The notes below the pieces were generated by a model. It was not told where the DNA came from. It ran no database searches and worked only from the letters and a program-made list of their open reading frames with translations. The translations under genes and the position numbers were made by a program. A DNA stretch of 63,358 nt, the filler included, from Craspedostauros australis (Eukaryota), in assembly GCA_030167865.1 (NCBI GenBank). It is 8 parts of 8 records of this genome, joined end to end, with 100 filler letters (N's around TTAATTAATTAA, not from the genome) between each part and the next. Parts side by side here need not be neighbours in the genome. Positions count along the whole stretch, not along the records: positions 45,489 to 54,988 come from JALAGF010005730.1; positions 55,089 to 60,906 come from JALAGF010005731.1; 6 more parts are not named here. One strand, written 5' to 3'. Within the stretch, counting starts at the first letter, position 1, and each line of letters starts with the position of its first letter. Positions 46,910-60,303 of this stretch are shown in pieces.

Positions 46910-49900
46910 TCATTGTCTTCTGCCGGGAGAGCTGTCAGGAAGATCATAGCACGCTTCATCGCCCATCATGTCACAGCAGATCGTGGTGTTGCAGCAGACG
47001 CTGCAGCAATCACACGTAACGGCCGGTGGCTCACCATCATCGAATGGTAGGCATTGGGCTGAGTATTCACCGGCATTGCGTTGCTGCGTTGGATCTGTTG
47101 CGTTGCAAACAATCGAATTGATGTCGCCGGTGACACTGATGTTGACCATTGTCAAGAGTTCCAGATCGAGAGTTGCGGAGAGCTGATTGAGTTCCGTTGG
47201 GATGGTACCAATAAAGTCGTTGTAGCCGAGGTAAAGCCTCCGAAGGTTGCTGAGTTTGCCAAGTTCGGATGGGATTTCTCCAAACATGACAGCTGATTCT
47301 GCGTATGAGTACGCACGAGTACGACAATGAGAGAAGGTGATTGTGATGATGTGAAATAGACGAAGGAGGTTGGCCATTGTGAGTTACGACCTGTCGTGGA
47401 CAAGCACCCAATGCTCATCAGCGACTTGGATAGGTCGATGAACTGATCGAGAGGAATGGGTTGAATATGCCAAGCACACATCAAACATGCGCCAAGCATG
47501 TACCAAGCATGTACCAAACGAGTCCGTGCTCAGACGAGTATCGTGACTTACCCAGATCCAATCGAGTCAACTTTGTGAGCAACCCTATTTCTGATATCAG
47601 CGGTCCTTTGACTTCGTTCCCAGCTGTGTGAAACAAAATGTGGAGGTGCGAGCAATGTATGAACATTGTGTGAGGATGCCATCTGAGCCAGAACATGGAA
47701 CAAGACCGTCCGGTCACGGTGGATTGGAGTGTGTCTGCGGTATGCAATACACATGGATACTTCGATTGCTGAGATGCATACTTACAGAGATTGAGATGGC
47801 GCAGATCAGTGAGCAACCCCATCTCTGTCAACATGGAATTCTTCATTCCGTTGTTGGCTGGAGGTTGGGAATCAAATAGAATGGGTGAGTCAAGATGATG
47901 AAAACAGAGTGCCGAGGTGAGATAAAAGGAGGAAAGGTGAAAATCAGACGATTCATCTGCTCAATGCACACCAAGAGCGACACGAAGGACACAGAGTCCA
48001 TCAAAGCGATTAACAGAAGCATACGTATCACTGTGTGTGCGCACTACTCACGTGCGTTGATTTGATCAATGTTGACGCTTTCTCTGTGGTCGCAGCTGAG
48101 TCCTATCCAATTGCAGGTCTCAAGTTCGCTCAACCAACCATTTTTCACGATCCAATTTGGTCCATCATACTGATAGTATGTAGCGACCATGATGTACCGC
48201 TCCAGCAACTGTTGTGCGGGGAGGGTGGGAAAGTCCAGCTTGGCGGGATCATCTTGGACCAACCACCACAGTGCACGATTGTACGGCGATTGGGGTTCGG
48301 AAACTGCAGCCGCTTGGCTTTGCGTGATGTTGGGATACAGCAAGCCCACCAGAAGATCGTATCGTTCCAAAAGTAGCCGCTGTTCCTCTGTGGAGGGTGC
48401 TGATGATGGTGCTAACGATGGTGTCAACGTCGGCTGTTGAGATGGTTGCCATGACGGAGCATCTGATTGCGTAACGGACGGCCTTCCTGATGATAGGATT
48501 GGTGCTGTCGGACCGCCGGAATCACTTTCACCTGTCAGAAGTACAGCGATGATCACAACACCAGCAACGATGAAGACGAAAGCGATGGAACAAATCCATT
48601 GAGCCCGGCCCCGTTCCATCCCGAAAATTGTCTTGTGGTCATCTTGCGATTCAATGGCTTCCGCAGTCACAATCATCATTTTAGATTGTTCGGAGCCTTG
48701 CACAGCCGCAGTTTCTTCGTCGACTGTCCTCGTTGCGACACCAGGAATTGTCGTGCTTTCGTCAAGACCATTCTCATTTCGAGCAGTTGTTGATGTTGCT
48801 GCAACGCTGAGCCGTGTGCTCCCATCGCCATGGCGCTCCAGATCTTGTCGCTTCTCCATCATCTGTTGCCGTTGCGCTTCGAGCTGTTGAGTACGTGCCT
48901 CCAGCTCCTGCAACCGCTCTCTGGCACGGATGGCTTCTGGCGACATGAAGTCATCGTCTCCGACTAAGTGCCCTTCGACCATCTGCGTTTGTCCCCGCTT
49001 CATGGATGGCATGTCACTACTATCGTCACCGTGAATATGGGCTGCCAAGGCGTTGTCCGATTGCGCTTCATCGTTCCAAGCATCTTCGGAACTATTGTAG
49101 TCATCATCGGATCTGCCTGTGTTGTTAACCCCAGCGACGCGGATAGCTCCTGGCCGACGCAAATCGAAGGAGGGTGTATCGGACGGCGATGCAGGTGCGG
49201 TTGCGGCAGCAGAAGGCATTGATGAATTGTGAGGTCGGGGTCCCGTTTCCATTTCCGTTCCTGCTTCTGGTTGCGTCGATGCCAATAGATGCGCTTGATG
49301 TGTTGTCGACGACGTGTCCATTGCCATCCCATCTGCGTGATCGTCATACGCCACATCATAGTTTTCCCTGACATCTCTCATCATGGGCTTTTCCTGTTTC
49401 GCGTTCGGGTCCGACCGAAGAGAGGCAACCTTGGATGGGTTGGGGTTCCCTTGTGTTGCAGCATGCAACTGCTCCTCGCGTCGCGATTTCGTCGGTGTGT
49501 TGCTTTTGTTCGCTCCTGGTTTGGTCGCCAAGCCTGTTTCATCCTTGATGTATTGTGGCATCGCTGCTTCCCGTTTCGCTTGCGGCATTCTATCGTCGGA
49601 TGCCGCAGTATCCAACTGGCGTTGGGTTGGTGCTGACGCGAACTGCTTGCTGTGTGCCGACTCTGGAGCAGACGCAAACAGACTTGGCGGAGACGATTGG
49701 AACCTTTGCTGCTGCTCCTTTGCGTGTTGTGAGTGTTGTGCGTGGTGGACAGAAGTCGGCTGTTCTGCCACTGCTCCAAAACGCGATGATCTCGCGCTGC
49801 GTCCGTAGCTGGAGCTCGGTACGGTCACCAACCCGCTCACTTCCTCAGACAGCGCCAATTTCGCAGCTGATTTTGCAGCTCGCATGGCAACCGAGTTTCG

Positions 49901-50158
49901 TGATGTCATCGTTCGATCGGTCGCCGATGATTGATCGAGAGGAGCGACTCTGTCTGCATCACCGTCGCCGCCATGATCTTGTTGACTATTTGCATCGTAC
50001 GCAACTCCTGCATTGGGTCGTCTCTGCCGCTGCACTTCGTTGAGCAACTCCAGCACCTCGTTGGGATCGTCTTGGACATCTTCCTCCTCCTCCTCGAAGC
50101 TGTCGTCCCTCGCTTGTCCGTGGTTGCTGGCGTTTCGGCGATGGTTGGGATCGCTCAT
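46910..50158 (-). CDS. Single-pass (type II) LRR surface protein without a kinase domain; complement(join(46910..47298,47552..47623,47786..47857,48052..50158)), 879 aa
   Basis: Long disordered N-terminus, TM WICSIAFVFIVAGVVIIAVLL, PS-rich stalk, cap motif SPYNRALWWL...ERYIMVATYY...GPNW...CNWIGLSC, plant-type LRRs (GEIPSELGKLSNLRRLYLGYNDFIGTIPTEL), Cys cap CDCCSVC. Phase-1 GT-AG introns; exon total 2640 nt. Confidence 0.85.
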
Positions 50159-52214
50159 GGTCCCAGTTCTTCATTCAATTCTATTCCACTCTGCTGTTTC
50201 TCGTTGTTGAGCTTGGTCCAACTCACCGACTTCTGCCAAACCTCTCTTTCGCGATACCTGTCGATCGACGGGCTCAGATCTGTGTTGATGCGTTCTTGTG
50301 GGTGGTCATCGCAGTCGCATCCTTCGTCGGCCTGGGACACTCAACATTTTGTCCAGAAGACCCATCTTGAACGTGATTGAAAGTTTTCGACACAACATTT
50401 TCTCTCTTTTGACAGAACTGATCGAGAAAACGATAGTGTTGCTCATTTTTACTAGTTTCGAAAATTTGAGAAATAGCGGTTTCCTTGGTTGTCAACAGTG
50501 ACACCTGGCAAAATCCAGAAAATTGGTCCATGTCCGACTAATTCGACCTCTATTTCGTTGAGCTGCGCGAAACACTTCGTTGGGCCTAATCGAAACTGTG
50601 ACAATGACCATCCATCCTAGAACACCCATCAATTTGTCCAAACTAAAGTGAAAAAACCAGTTTGAGTCTTACAGGACACGAATTAGAAATAAGTATTTTT
50701 TGCCAAAGAAAGTTACAGATTCTGTAGCACATGAACATTGAAGTAAGAACTTGCATCTAACGGACTATGTCGGACATATACGGACAGACTCGACCAACTT
50801 GGACAACTCAGGACAAATCTGGACAACTCCGGACAGCACTAGAACACAAGAGATTACCGAATCCAATAGAACAGATCTAGTGTCTCGTGGCTTGAGTGGA
50901 GGCCAATTTTTTGGTAACCATTGGTAATTTTTGGTAACTATAATAGAGCCCAAACGAAATGGCTGTTATCTTGTTGGCTGTTGTTTAGCTGTGGGCAGAG
51001 GCTTGATTGGCAAGCGGTCCGAACGTGAGTCTTCTGGATCACAAGTAGTCAATTGAGAATACTGATGATNNNNNNNNNNNNNNNNNNNNNNNNNNNNNNN
51101 NNNNNNNNNNNNNNNNNNNCTTGATTGGCAAGCGGTCCGAACGTGAGTCTTCTGGATCACAAGTAGTCAATTGAGAATACTGATGATGGGTGAAGAAACG
51201 TGCAGATTATGAGATTAGTGCTAAAGTTCTTCCCTGCGGGGAGGATCTCTTGTGGTGTCCTGAGTGACAGTGTGTATGGGTCATGTAGCCCAAGTACCGT
51301 GGGTCAAGATCCCTTGGTTGAATTCTGTGAGAGACAAAGGGTGTTGATGTGCATTGCTGAGGCGCTGTTCCCATGTGTTGGTGTTTTGGCGATGGAGGGT
51401 GTCAGTGGCTTGGTTATCGGAACCCTTCTGGTTCCTTGACGCGGGTTCCAAAGATCTGCTTCAATGTTCTGGATCTGTCCCCAAACGTGGGGGCCGGTGA
51501 AGTATTCATTCGACCTACTGGAATGCTGACGAGTCGGATGATTCGTAGTCTCTCTCTAAGGTGGGTACTAGTTTAGCTCTATTAAACTAGTCGTACGAGT
51601 CGAATTTGACGTAGACGACGGTACATTTTGTACGTCAGTCCCACGCGAAGTGGCCCCAAAACCATCATTTTGACACAAACCTCCTTGGCAAGTCCATGCC
51701 GCTCCGTTTGTTTGAGCTCTCCTTTGGAGAACATTCCCATGTGCGGCTTGTAATCACCCTCTCTAACTTTGGTGGCGATTGGTTGGGTAGTGGTCGAGAT
51801 CTGCTTGTTTCTCTGGAGCCGCCACTCGTTCTTGGCATTCACGAATGCCAATCACCGCGATGTATCGTGGCGAATTTCTGTGTGCCCCAGCGCGTGTTAA
51901 CACGTGGTTGAAATGATCACAAAACAATGTGGTGCCAACCGATGCGTTCCTCACATGCTTGTCGAGATGTACATGTGAGTATATGTCGAGATGTACGTGT
52001 ATATGTGCATCGATCACCCGTTACTCTCTAATACGCACTTGGACGGTACAACTATATTCGTGTCGATAGTATGCTGTGATTCGTCAGAATTACAGCGGAA
52101 ATGGAACACACGAAAAGGGGCAAGATTTCTGGAGGAAATTTGCAANNNNNNNNNNNNNNNNNNNNNNNNNNNNNNNNNNNNNNNNCATCAATGGTACCAA
52201 GAGAATCTCGAGGT

Positions 52215-53314
52215 ACTTCCCAACTAAACCTCAGATGACGATATCATCTGACAGACTCATGCATCACCAATGGAACGTGACATCTGGAGAGCAGAAGGAC
52301 GCCTACTGACGTCGACAGGATGGCATCGTGTCACCATGTCGACATCTGTCTCCAAGTCAGAGCAGGAGGCGAAGATCTGATGACCAACAGGATCATGGAT
52401 ACAGAAGGTGAACTTCAAATGGTAAGTACTCATGGAGTAGGAGCCAGTACTGAATGAACGGAGTGTCGAATGTGGAGTACGCATTGAACACGGAGTATCG
52501 TGTAGCACGAGCACACGATGTTGAGAGAGAGAATACAGAGAGGAGCAAGAGAGCATCTCGCGTACCGACTCATAGTCGGAGATCGAATCTACAAAACAGA
52601 TTGAAGCACCGAGAGCATCGGGCAAGAGAACGGGCATACACCGAGAGGATCGGAGTAACCAAGTAATGAAATAGCAAACGAACGACTATCAACCAACACC
52701 ATCTTCCACGATCGTAGGTTACCGTGAGCGGAACTTGCCAACATGCATTGTGAGTTGATCAGATTGAGATGTAGGATGAAGAAACAATGCTCAGTTGGGT
52801 AGTGTGGCTCTGCACTGATCATAAGAGGTTCAGTGTTGAGAACGGACGATCTCTTCCTCTCTCTCTCTCCACTATCTGTAGTAGTTGTTCTATGCTTGAG
52901 TACAAAGGCTTGACATCTTGGTTGAGGTTGTGTTTGAGAACACAGGTTGTCAGGCGACGGGAATTGGGGTTAGATTCCCTGCTCATGTTGAAGAAGGGAG
53001 GATCTCCTTGTTGTCGTCGAGTCAAGTTGGCAGTTGACATGGCTGACAATGGAATCAGAATTACGTGCGACACGAGATTTCAGAGGAGCATATAGTTCCC
53101 GGAGTGCATTGATCTCGGTGATTCAAGTGAGGTTTGAATCAGCAGTGATTCATGAGTAAGAGTGGGAGAAGGAGGGAGAAGGAGGGAGAATAGGAGTTTT
53201 CGTATTTGTAGGTGGAAGGTTTCGCGCCAAAATTGACGCGCCAAAAACAATTTGATAGTGCGACACGGGATGCACTAAGTGGAAAGTAGTCTGTTCTTTA
53301 GATGAACTTCAACT
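52215..53314. mobile_element. Dispersed repeat, probably a degenerate transposable element, copy 2
   Basis: Homologous to 2408-3336 in the same orientation, with the same right end. Confidence 0.6.
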
Positions 53315-53777
53315 GTTGCCAACGAGAAAATTCCGAAATTGCGTCCGTACGTCGTCCGTATGAAAAAGGCCGACAAGGGGTTAAAACAGGCATCGAGATG
53401 AACGGAAAGCGGAGACCGTTTGCGTGCAATGAACACATCAACAGAGAGCTCTCACTCTCCTCTTTCTAATGATGTAAAGATGTCAGGCACCGGCCATCAA
53501 CTCATCGAATGGCAGCTTGTGCCGTCGGCGATATGCCAATGGTTACCAATAATTACCAAAACGTGCCAAAAACCGGAAATTAGCCAATAGCCACCAGACA
53601 TTCCATACTTCTCACGAACCACAACACAAATACTACTACAATCGCAATCATAATCACAAGTGAACACCTCCCAATCAATCAACCTCCCAACCAACCAACC
53701 ATCTCCCTTTTCCATCCTACTCGTACAACAACACACTCACATGCACCAGAGTATCAATACTGTCTTCATGTGCTGTT

Positions 53778-54988
53778 CTAATTACTCGACGACCAGAGTA
53801 CTCCAAGGCAATGCAGGATCGCATCAATCATCGATGTGCCGTTGTTGTCCACACAGCAAGCAGAAGCATCATCAACTCGGACGAGCCGATCCGCTCTCTT
53901 GTCATCCCACGCCTGTTTCAACGCCTCACTGCCCTGCAGCAGAATGTTGAAAGTCTCGCTCGTGAGATATATTGTACTCATTAGACCCAGCGCATCCATT
54001 GTACTCCGTTTGCTTGTTCTCATCAGCATCTCTCCAAACAGGGCCAGTGGCCTCGACCATGTCGGAAGGGAACACAGCACTGCTCTCACCTTGTTGCGAT
54101 GATTTCGCCGCAAGATACGTCCAACAACCGCATTGTACGAATGGACGTGTTCGCCAGGCGGGCGTGATCGAATGTGGAGATAGGTGAGTTGGGTAGTCTG
54201 CTCCAAGGCTTGCTGAAGTGCTTCCATCTGTGCCGAGAGCGTCTCAGGCGCACCTTTAAACATGCCAGGATTACCATCGACACAGTATGTGAGAGATGAC
54301 AAGCCCTTGTTTCCCAGGAGCGAGATCAATGCGTCGAACATGATCATCTGCTTTTGTTGCGATGGCATGTCCCAGCAACAGGAAACCCTGAGCTTCTTCA
54401 AGTGTGATGCATCTGAAAGGAGTTTGATGATCTGGTCGATTTCTTGTTGTGAGTAGATTCGTCGGGCGCCGTAGATCACACCGAAATCGATGTCGAGCTT
54501 GTTGATGCGCTTGTTTGACTGGAATAGCTTTGCCAAGCTATCGCAAGTGATACAGGTGTCCAAAAAGGAGACTTTGGTGATGCTGCAATTGTTTGGAGAC
54601 AGCCATCTGCACAGATCAGCGCCCCCATTGGCGATCTTACTGATATGAAACATAACGTATTTGGAGTTTTGGGAGATATTGAACATGAGCTTGTCGCAAT
54701 CAACAAGATCACATGAATGCAAATGCACACGATGTATCACAAGAGGGATATCGTGGAGCTGCTTCATCTCCACGAAGCATTGAGGCAAGCGGATACATTG
54801 ATCGAATGGAGATTTGAATGGGTGTTTGGCAGCCAATCGAAGTCCGAAGCGAATCGCTTGCTTGTCTTCTTCTCCGAATTGGTCATTGCTGCCGAATTCC
54901 AGATTCAGGGATCGAATGCCTATCTGCCCGTAGCCCCTGTGACAACCATCGCTCAGTAAAATACAAGGCGATAAAGCAACGTGTTTGT
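53778..54988 (-). CDS. LRR/RNI-like protein, paralogue C (5' truncated, altered C-terminus)
   Basis: Frame is open from the scaffold end (KHVALSPCILLSDG...IRSLNLEF...LAAKHP). Colinear with A and B up to DDKRAD, then a different tail. Confidence 0.7.
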
Positions 54989-56081
54989 NNNNNNNNNNNN
55001 NNNNNNNNNNNNNNNNNNNNNNNNNNNNNNNNTTAATTAATTAANNNNNNNNNNNNNNNNNNNNNNNNNNNNNNNNNNNNNNNNNNNNAGTGCGTATGAG
55101 AGAATAGCGGGTGAACGATGCACATATACACGTACATCTTGATATATACTCACATGTACATCTCGACAACTGTTCATGATGCTCTTGGTATCTGTTGGTA
55201 GCATTATACCATGAGGTCGCGCGGGGAACAAAATACAGATGCCTATTGCCGCCGAGGAGTTGATTGCCTCCAATGGCAACCCGCGCAACAACTTTCCATT
55301 CCAGGTGCACGATGATAAACTAATAGGGACAGTGCCATTCCATTTCACACAGACCCCTGGTCAGGCCGTCTTTCACCTGTACTGCCAGGATGCAGCAGCT
55401 CACATCTTCCCTGCTGATCCCAACCTCAATGGTCACAGCGTAGAAGATGAGTTCAAATCCTCCCTCCGCTGCCCCTTGTCCAGCATCATCTCCAAAACAC
55501 CAAACCCAACAAGCCTATCCTCTTTGAAATATTTCTTCTTCTGGATGAATCAGCCTTGGCTCAGCAACAACAATCAACGTGGAGGGAATTCCAAAAATGT
55601 TACATACCATCTTGAAGGATCCAGACAGGTCATCTCAAGATGCGTTCGTGAGTAGAGCAAAACCATCCACACACATGCACAAGATCATCTGAACACCTTT
55701 ATTGACCTCTAAAATTCAGAACAGCTTGTGGAGGAGCTGAAAGCAAAGATCACGAAGGTGGAAGAGGAAGTGGGGACAAGGAAAGCACAGACAGTAGCCC
55801 ATGAAGAAAGCAAAGACGATGCCCCCAAGAATGCCAATGAACACATGGGGCCAAGGTAGTTGATGCAAGCACACCGAACCAAAATGGAGGCTCTCACTAT
55901 TAACTGGTCATCCCACAAGCGAAAACGGCGAGATTCGCAACTGGGATTCGCGTCTATCTTCAAAGCGGTCATTGTGAATCCCTCCATCTCTATCAGCAAA
56001 AAACCGAATAGTGCTAAGTACATTACTCCCGTAGCCCCCACTATCTATAAATTTCACTTGTGTTCCGTTCAGCAATCGCAT

Positions 56082-56150
56082 TGCCTGTAGCTCAACAGTA
56101 GAGCACCAGTAATTCTCACTGAGGTTCCGGGTTCGAATCCTGGCATGGTA
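56082..56150 (+). pseudogene. tRNA-derived relic (pseudo-tRNA or SINE head)
   Basis: A-box-like TAGCTCAACAGTAGAGC, T-arm CCGGG-TTCGAAT-CCTGG, stem CAGT/ACTG around a non-canonical 7-nt loop, imperfect acceptor stem TGCC-TG/CATGGTA. Confidence 0.65.
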
Positions 56151-56299
56151 CTTTGCTTTTGCTCTCCCCTTGTGATTTTTCAATAGTGCTCTTTCAATCT
56201 CCATTCTACTCCAACCCTACCTCACCAGTAGAACAAAGGTCAAGTACCAGCTGTGGTGTCCATTGCGCCAGGACTCCACCATGGCGACACACAGCCGAA

Positions 56300-57900
56300 A
56301 GAAGATGCAGTACAAACTGACTCAAGAGTTGAGGGAAACACATCACAACCAAGCTCATTCAAATATGGGTGATGACCAGATCGCTGGTGCGAATTTGCAC
56401 ATTGGTCTTTGTGCCCAAGCTGCATCATTGGAGAATGGAACACGTCGAATGCACCATGATGAGGGCAATGGCGATAGTGAAACGGTATGTCATGAGCATG
56501 GTTGCGATTCATTGCTGACGGCCTCTGCACCATCAGAATCCATTCTTTTGGTTCACAGTCGTCATCAGTCAATCTATCCTATTACTTTGCAGGAACTCAG
56601 CAACAGCTATATGCAACGAGCAACAAGCATGCCACAAGAGCGCTTTGGCCGTCGGGGGTCTCCATGACAGCAGCATTGAACAACTAGAAGAGGTGAGGTG
56701 TGTTCTGACATGGGCTACAAGCATGTTGAGGAGGTGACAATGCATGAGACTAGCGATGCATTGCATTTGTATATCTGTGCGGAATCTTCCCAAGTTGCGA
56801 GAGCTTGGCTGTTGGCAACTGGGCACAGATGATGCCTCTACACACACACTGGTGGCAGTGTGCCAGTGGGTCCGGCGATCAGCATTTGGTACAGATTTGA
56901 GAACAGTCCTGCCAGGTTCTGCGGACACCAGAATACGCAGCATCGACATACGCAAGTCAGTTGCTACACAGTTGGATCTTGGCCATTGGCCATCGTATGC
57001 CTTCCTACTCTGGCCATGCTGACAGCGGCCAATTGGCATATGCCAAAATTGTGACCAATGCAGGCTTTGTTTCGGGGTGCGCCTGGCAATGGAATTAATT
57101 GAGGCAAAGATATTGGAAGAGGGGAGATGACTGCTCACTACCTTGTTGTGCAGGGTCAATTTTTGGTGGAGTACGCTGGTTGTGAGATCAGTTGCACCAT
57201 GCAGATGCCACTTCTTCGGGCCAGTCGTTCACATGGGCAAGGCGACATCGGAGGAGAATCGATGCGAAGATTGCGAAAACCATGCAGAAGATGGGGTGCC
57301 CCACACCAGGTAAGTGCAGCGGTGATGGCATTGTGCGTGTATTGGAACATTGCATTCGTGGCTCAGACTCTGACACCACATGGTGGGTATTGCATTGGAG
57401 TTTTTCTTCAGCTCTGTTGCATGGTATGCATCATGCTATACTGCTGTGTGCAAACCCTCAATACTTGGACCATCCAGCGACTCATGTCATTGAATATTAC
57501 TATCACTGTCATCATTGTCGGCTGCAATCGAGTTGGTTGTCAAGCTCATACCTTCGCCGTCGGTCACAAAGCCTGAAAGGAATGCGACCAAATGGATACT
57601 CGTGCTAGGCCAGATTCCAGGGAGCAACACCGATCTGATACTTGAGTGCCATCATCTCCATCTGCAAACACTGATCAATCCCAGCGGCACGCGCCTGCTC
57701 CTTCATCCGACAGTCCTTGGATGATTGACCCAAGAGAGACTGAAGGAATCATCAACATGTCATGATCCTCGACCGGATGGACTCCTTTTTTGCATCAATC
57801 ATTGCACGCGACGTGGACAATGCGAATCGAAAGCGGGCCTTCGACAGATGTCAACATCACAAGTGTCGCGCGCGTGCATGGAGCGCAAACATCTTGCGTG
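56300..57900 (+). mobile_element. Highly decayed coding relic, possibly a non-LTR retrotransposon RNase H region
   Basis: Fragmented ORFs that look CpG-depleted by eye. LYCCVQTLN...ITITVIIVGCN loosely resembles the RNase H of diatom LINEs. Weak support. Confidence 0.3.
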
Positions 57901-59624
57901 GTCAAAGCTTGCCCAGGCAGAGTGACAAATTTTGAGTGTGCGAGATATGTGTTGCCCCCCACAATGAATTCAGTAGTGGATGCCGGTTGCGCTTTCGATA
58001 GCTGCCATTGCACGATGTCCAATCATGACAATTGGCGGTTGCAACGCAGATTGTTAAGGAGCTGCTTTTGTGGTTAGATTGTTGTTGTTGTTGTCATTGT
58101 TGTCATTGTAGCTCATGGTGTGTGGGCGTGGTAGAGGTTGGCGATCTTGGGGAGATTGCACCCAACACAACAGGATCACGGGTTGAACTCTCTCGCACCA
58201 AGATCCCAATCGCCGCAGGTATTCGCTGCCAAATACAAGGTCTGTCCCTCTATCGTGACGATGTTGTGCGTCACCGAGAAGAAATGATTGGTCGCTGAAA
58301 ATTCAAACAGTTTCATGGAGAACACCTCTCGTCGACACATGATCAGAAATCAGAAATTTGGAATCAAAACATGATGACGTCAGGCCTTTGTTCTGCTCCA
58401 AAACGTGAAATACGTTGAGAACAAGAAAATCATGCTTCTCCAGAAATGGGAAAACACGCGAAAATGCCTTCAATTCGGAAGAATCAAATGATCGACACCG
58501 AAATAAGAAGCCGATAGGAGAACAGATGAACAACGGCCAGAAGCCAAAGATGACTGTTGGCGACGACGAGCAGAGAGGAGGTCGAAAGGAACAAACAGAG
58601 AATAGACCTGAAGCAAGGATGAGGCCACAGAATAGATTGGGCATGTAGATGGAAGTCAGTGTGTGCTGATTGAGACAGGGACGAAGCTCAACGTCCTGGG
58701 ACATAAACGGCGACAGAACCGAGAACAAGGCAGTGTGACAGTCAAGCTGGGGGTCAAGATCTGGATTACCCACCAACCCACAACTCTGAATGTTGACAAC
58801 TGATCCACGGTCCAGACGAAGCAGAAGCCTCAGCGTGCCTACCGCTGCCACGCAATCCTCAACATTTCTTCGAAACCAACCGCCTTCCCCACGCGAAATG
58901 TGAGTGTGTCGATGTCGGACACGACTGGAGATCAAGCTGAAGCACGACTGGCGATTGCGAATCCAAGTTGCCCCTCTGCGTCCGCATGCTCAACGTTTTT
59001 AGTTATAGATTAATGCGAAAAATATAAACTTTTTAACTACAGGGCCCAGGAGCTTGTAACTTCACACATATACTCTCCACAATATAATAGGATGATATAG
59101 ATTATAAAATTAAAAATCCGCATTTGCGTACGTGCGAACCCTGAATGGGGTCATATGTCCGAGATACTGTACAGTTTGATGTGTACGGCTCAGTATCACG
59201 AGATTCATAGATTTGGGAACCAGCGCTCTTTCCAGAAGGATCCAGATCATCTCAGGCCACCCCCATGCTGATTGAAGCGCCATCGTTATGTTGACATTGG
59301 TAGAATTGCATTTGTTGGATGTTTCATATGCAGGTTTGGTTACACTCCTCCACACCGCACAGCCACCATCCAGGATCACATGATTTGATCTCGTATATTC
59401 TGCAACACCTTCTAGATGGATCCATTCACTTGCAAGCTGGTATTACACCTATTGGAATGCTCTCGATGTTCTGCTCTTGTTTGAATGTATAGTTTATCCT
59501 TTCGTATGATGCATTTGGTCAGCACAGGATCCACGACGCAAAGAATTGGAGCAAACGGATAGATGATGCGCATATCTACGACTAAAGTAGGCATTACTTC
59601 TCTTCATTGGATGTCATATATCCG

Positions 59625-59862
59625 GATGGACTATTTTCCTGCATTCTATTAAGAGTATTACAGACATGTATGATATGGTTTGTACTTTTTCGCGTGTGGT
59701 GTTGGCGTTCTACGTTTATCTACTAGCCTTGGAAGCCGATGCGAAACCATTGTGTCCATGGGACGTCGCGTGGACATTCGGACGTTTTGCGCCACTAAGT
59801 AATTAAAAATCAGGCTGGTTGGTGGAAATCGGCACTTCAAAAGGGCTGGTTCGTGAATTTCC
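59625..59862. repeat. Dispersed repeat, inverted homologue of 34240-34470
   Basis: Its reverse complement aligns over ~230 bp with many substitutions. Confidence 0.8.
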
Positions 59863-60303
59863 TCGTTTTCATTTTCTCTTCGTGTCGCACAAACGGGTGG
59901 ACACACAGGCAGAGCGTGCTTATCGACTGATCCGAACGTCATATCCATTCAGTCGTGGATACAACAAGACAAAATGACTGTGTCGGGGTCCTCTCTCGGA
60001 TGAGTACGATCGATGCCCATCCAGTAGCCAGGCCGCAACACTTCTCGTTGCGGTTCGACGCCACCCCGTTCATGCGATCGTAGCCGCAGGCATGTGTTTG
60101 CGCTGTATCTGCGAATCTCATACTCTACTCGCACAGCACCGTCTCTCTGTCTCTGTGAAGAGAGAAAGAGAGCGAGATAGAGCACTCCCCTCCACTGCAC
60201 TCTATTCCGCATTCCAGTACCACACGCACACCTCTCCCCGAATCGAGCAATTCTGATTTTTTTGTATTATTCTATATTACACGTTACAATGCATTTTGGA
60301 TGT

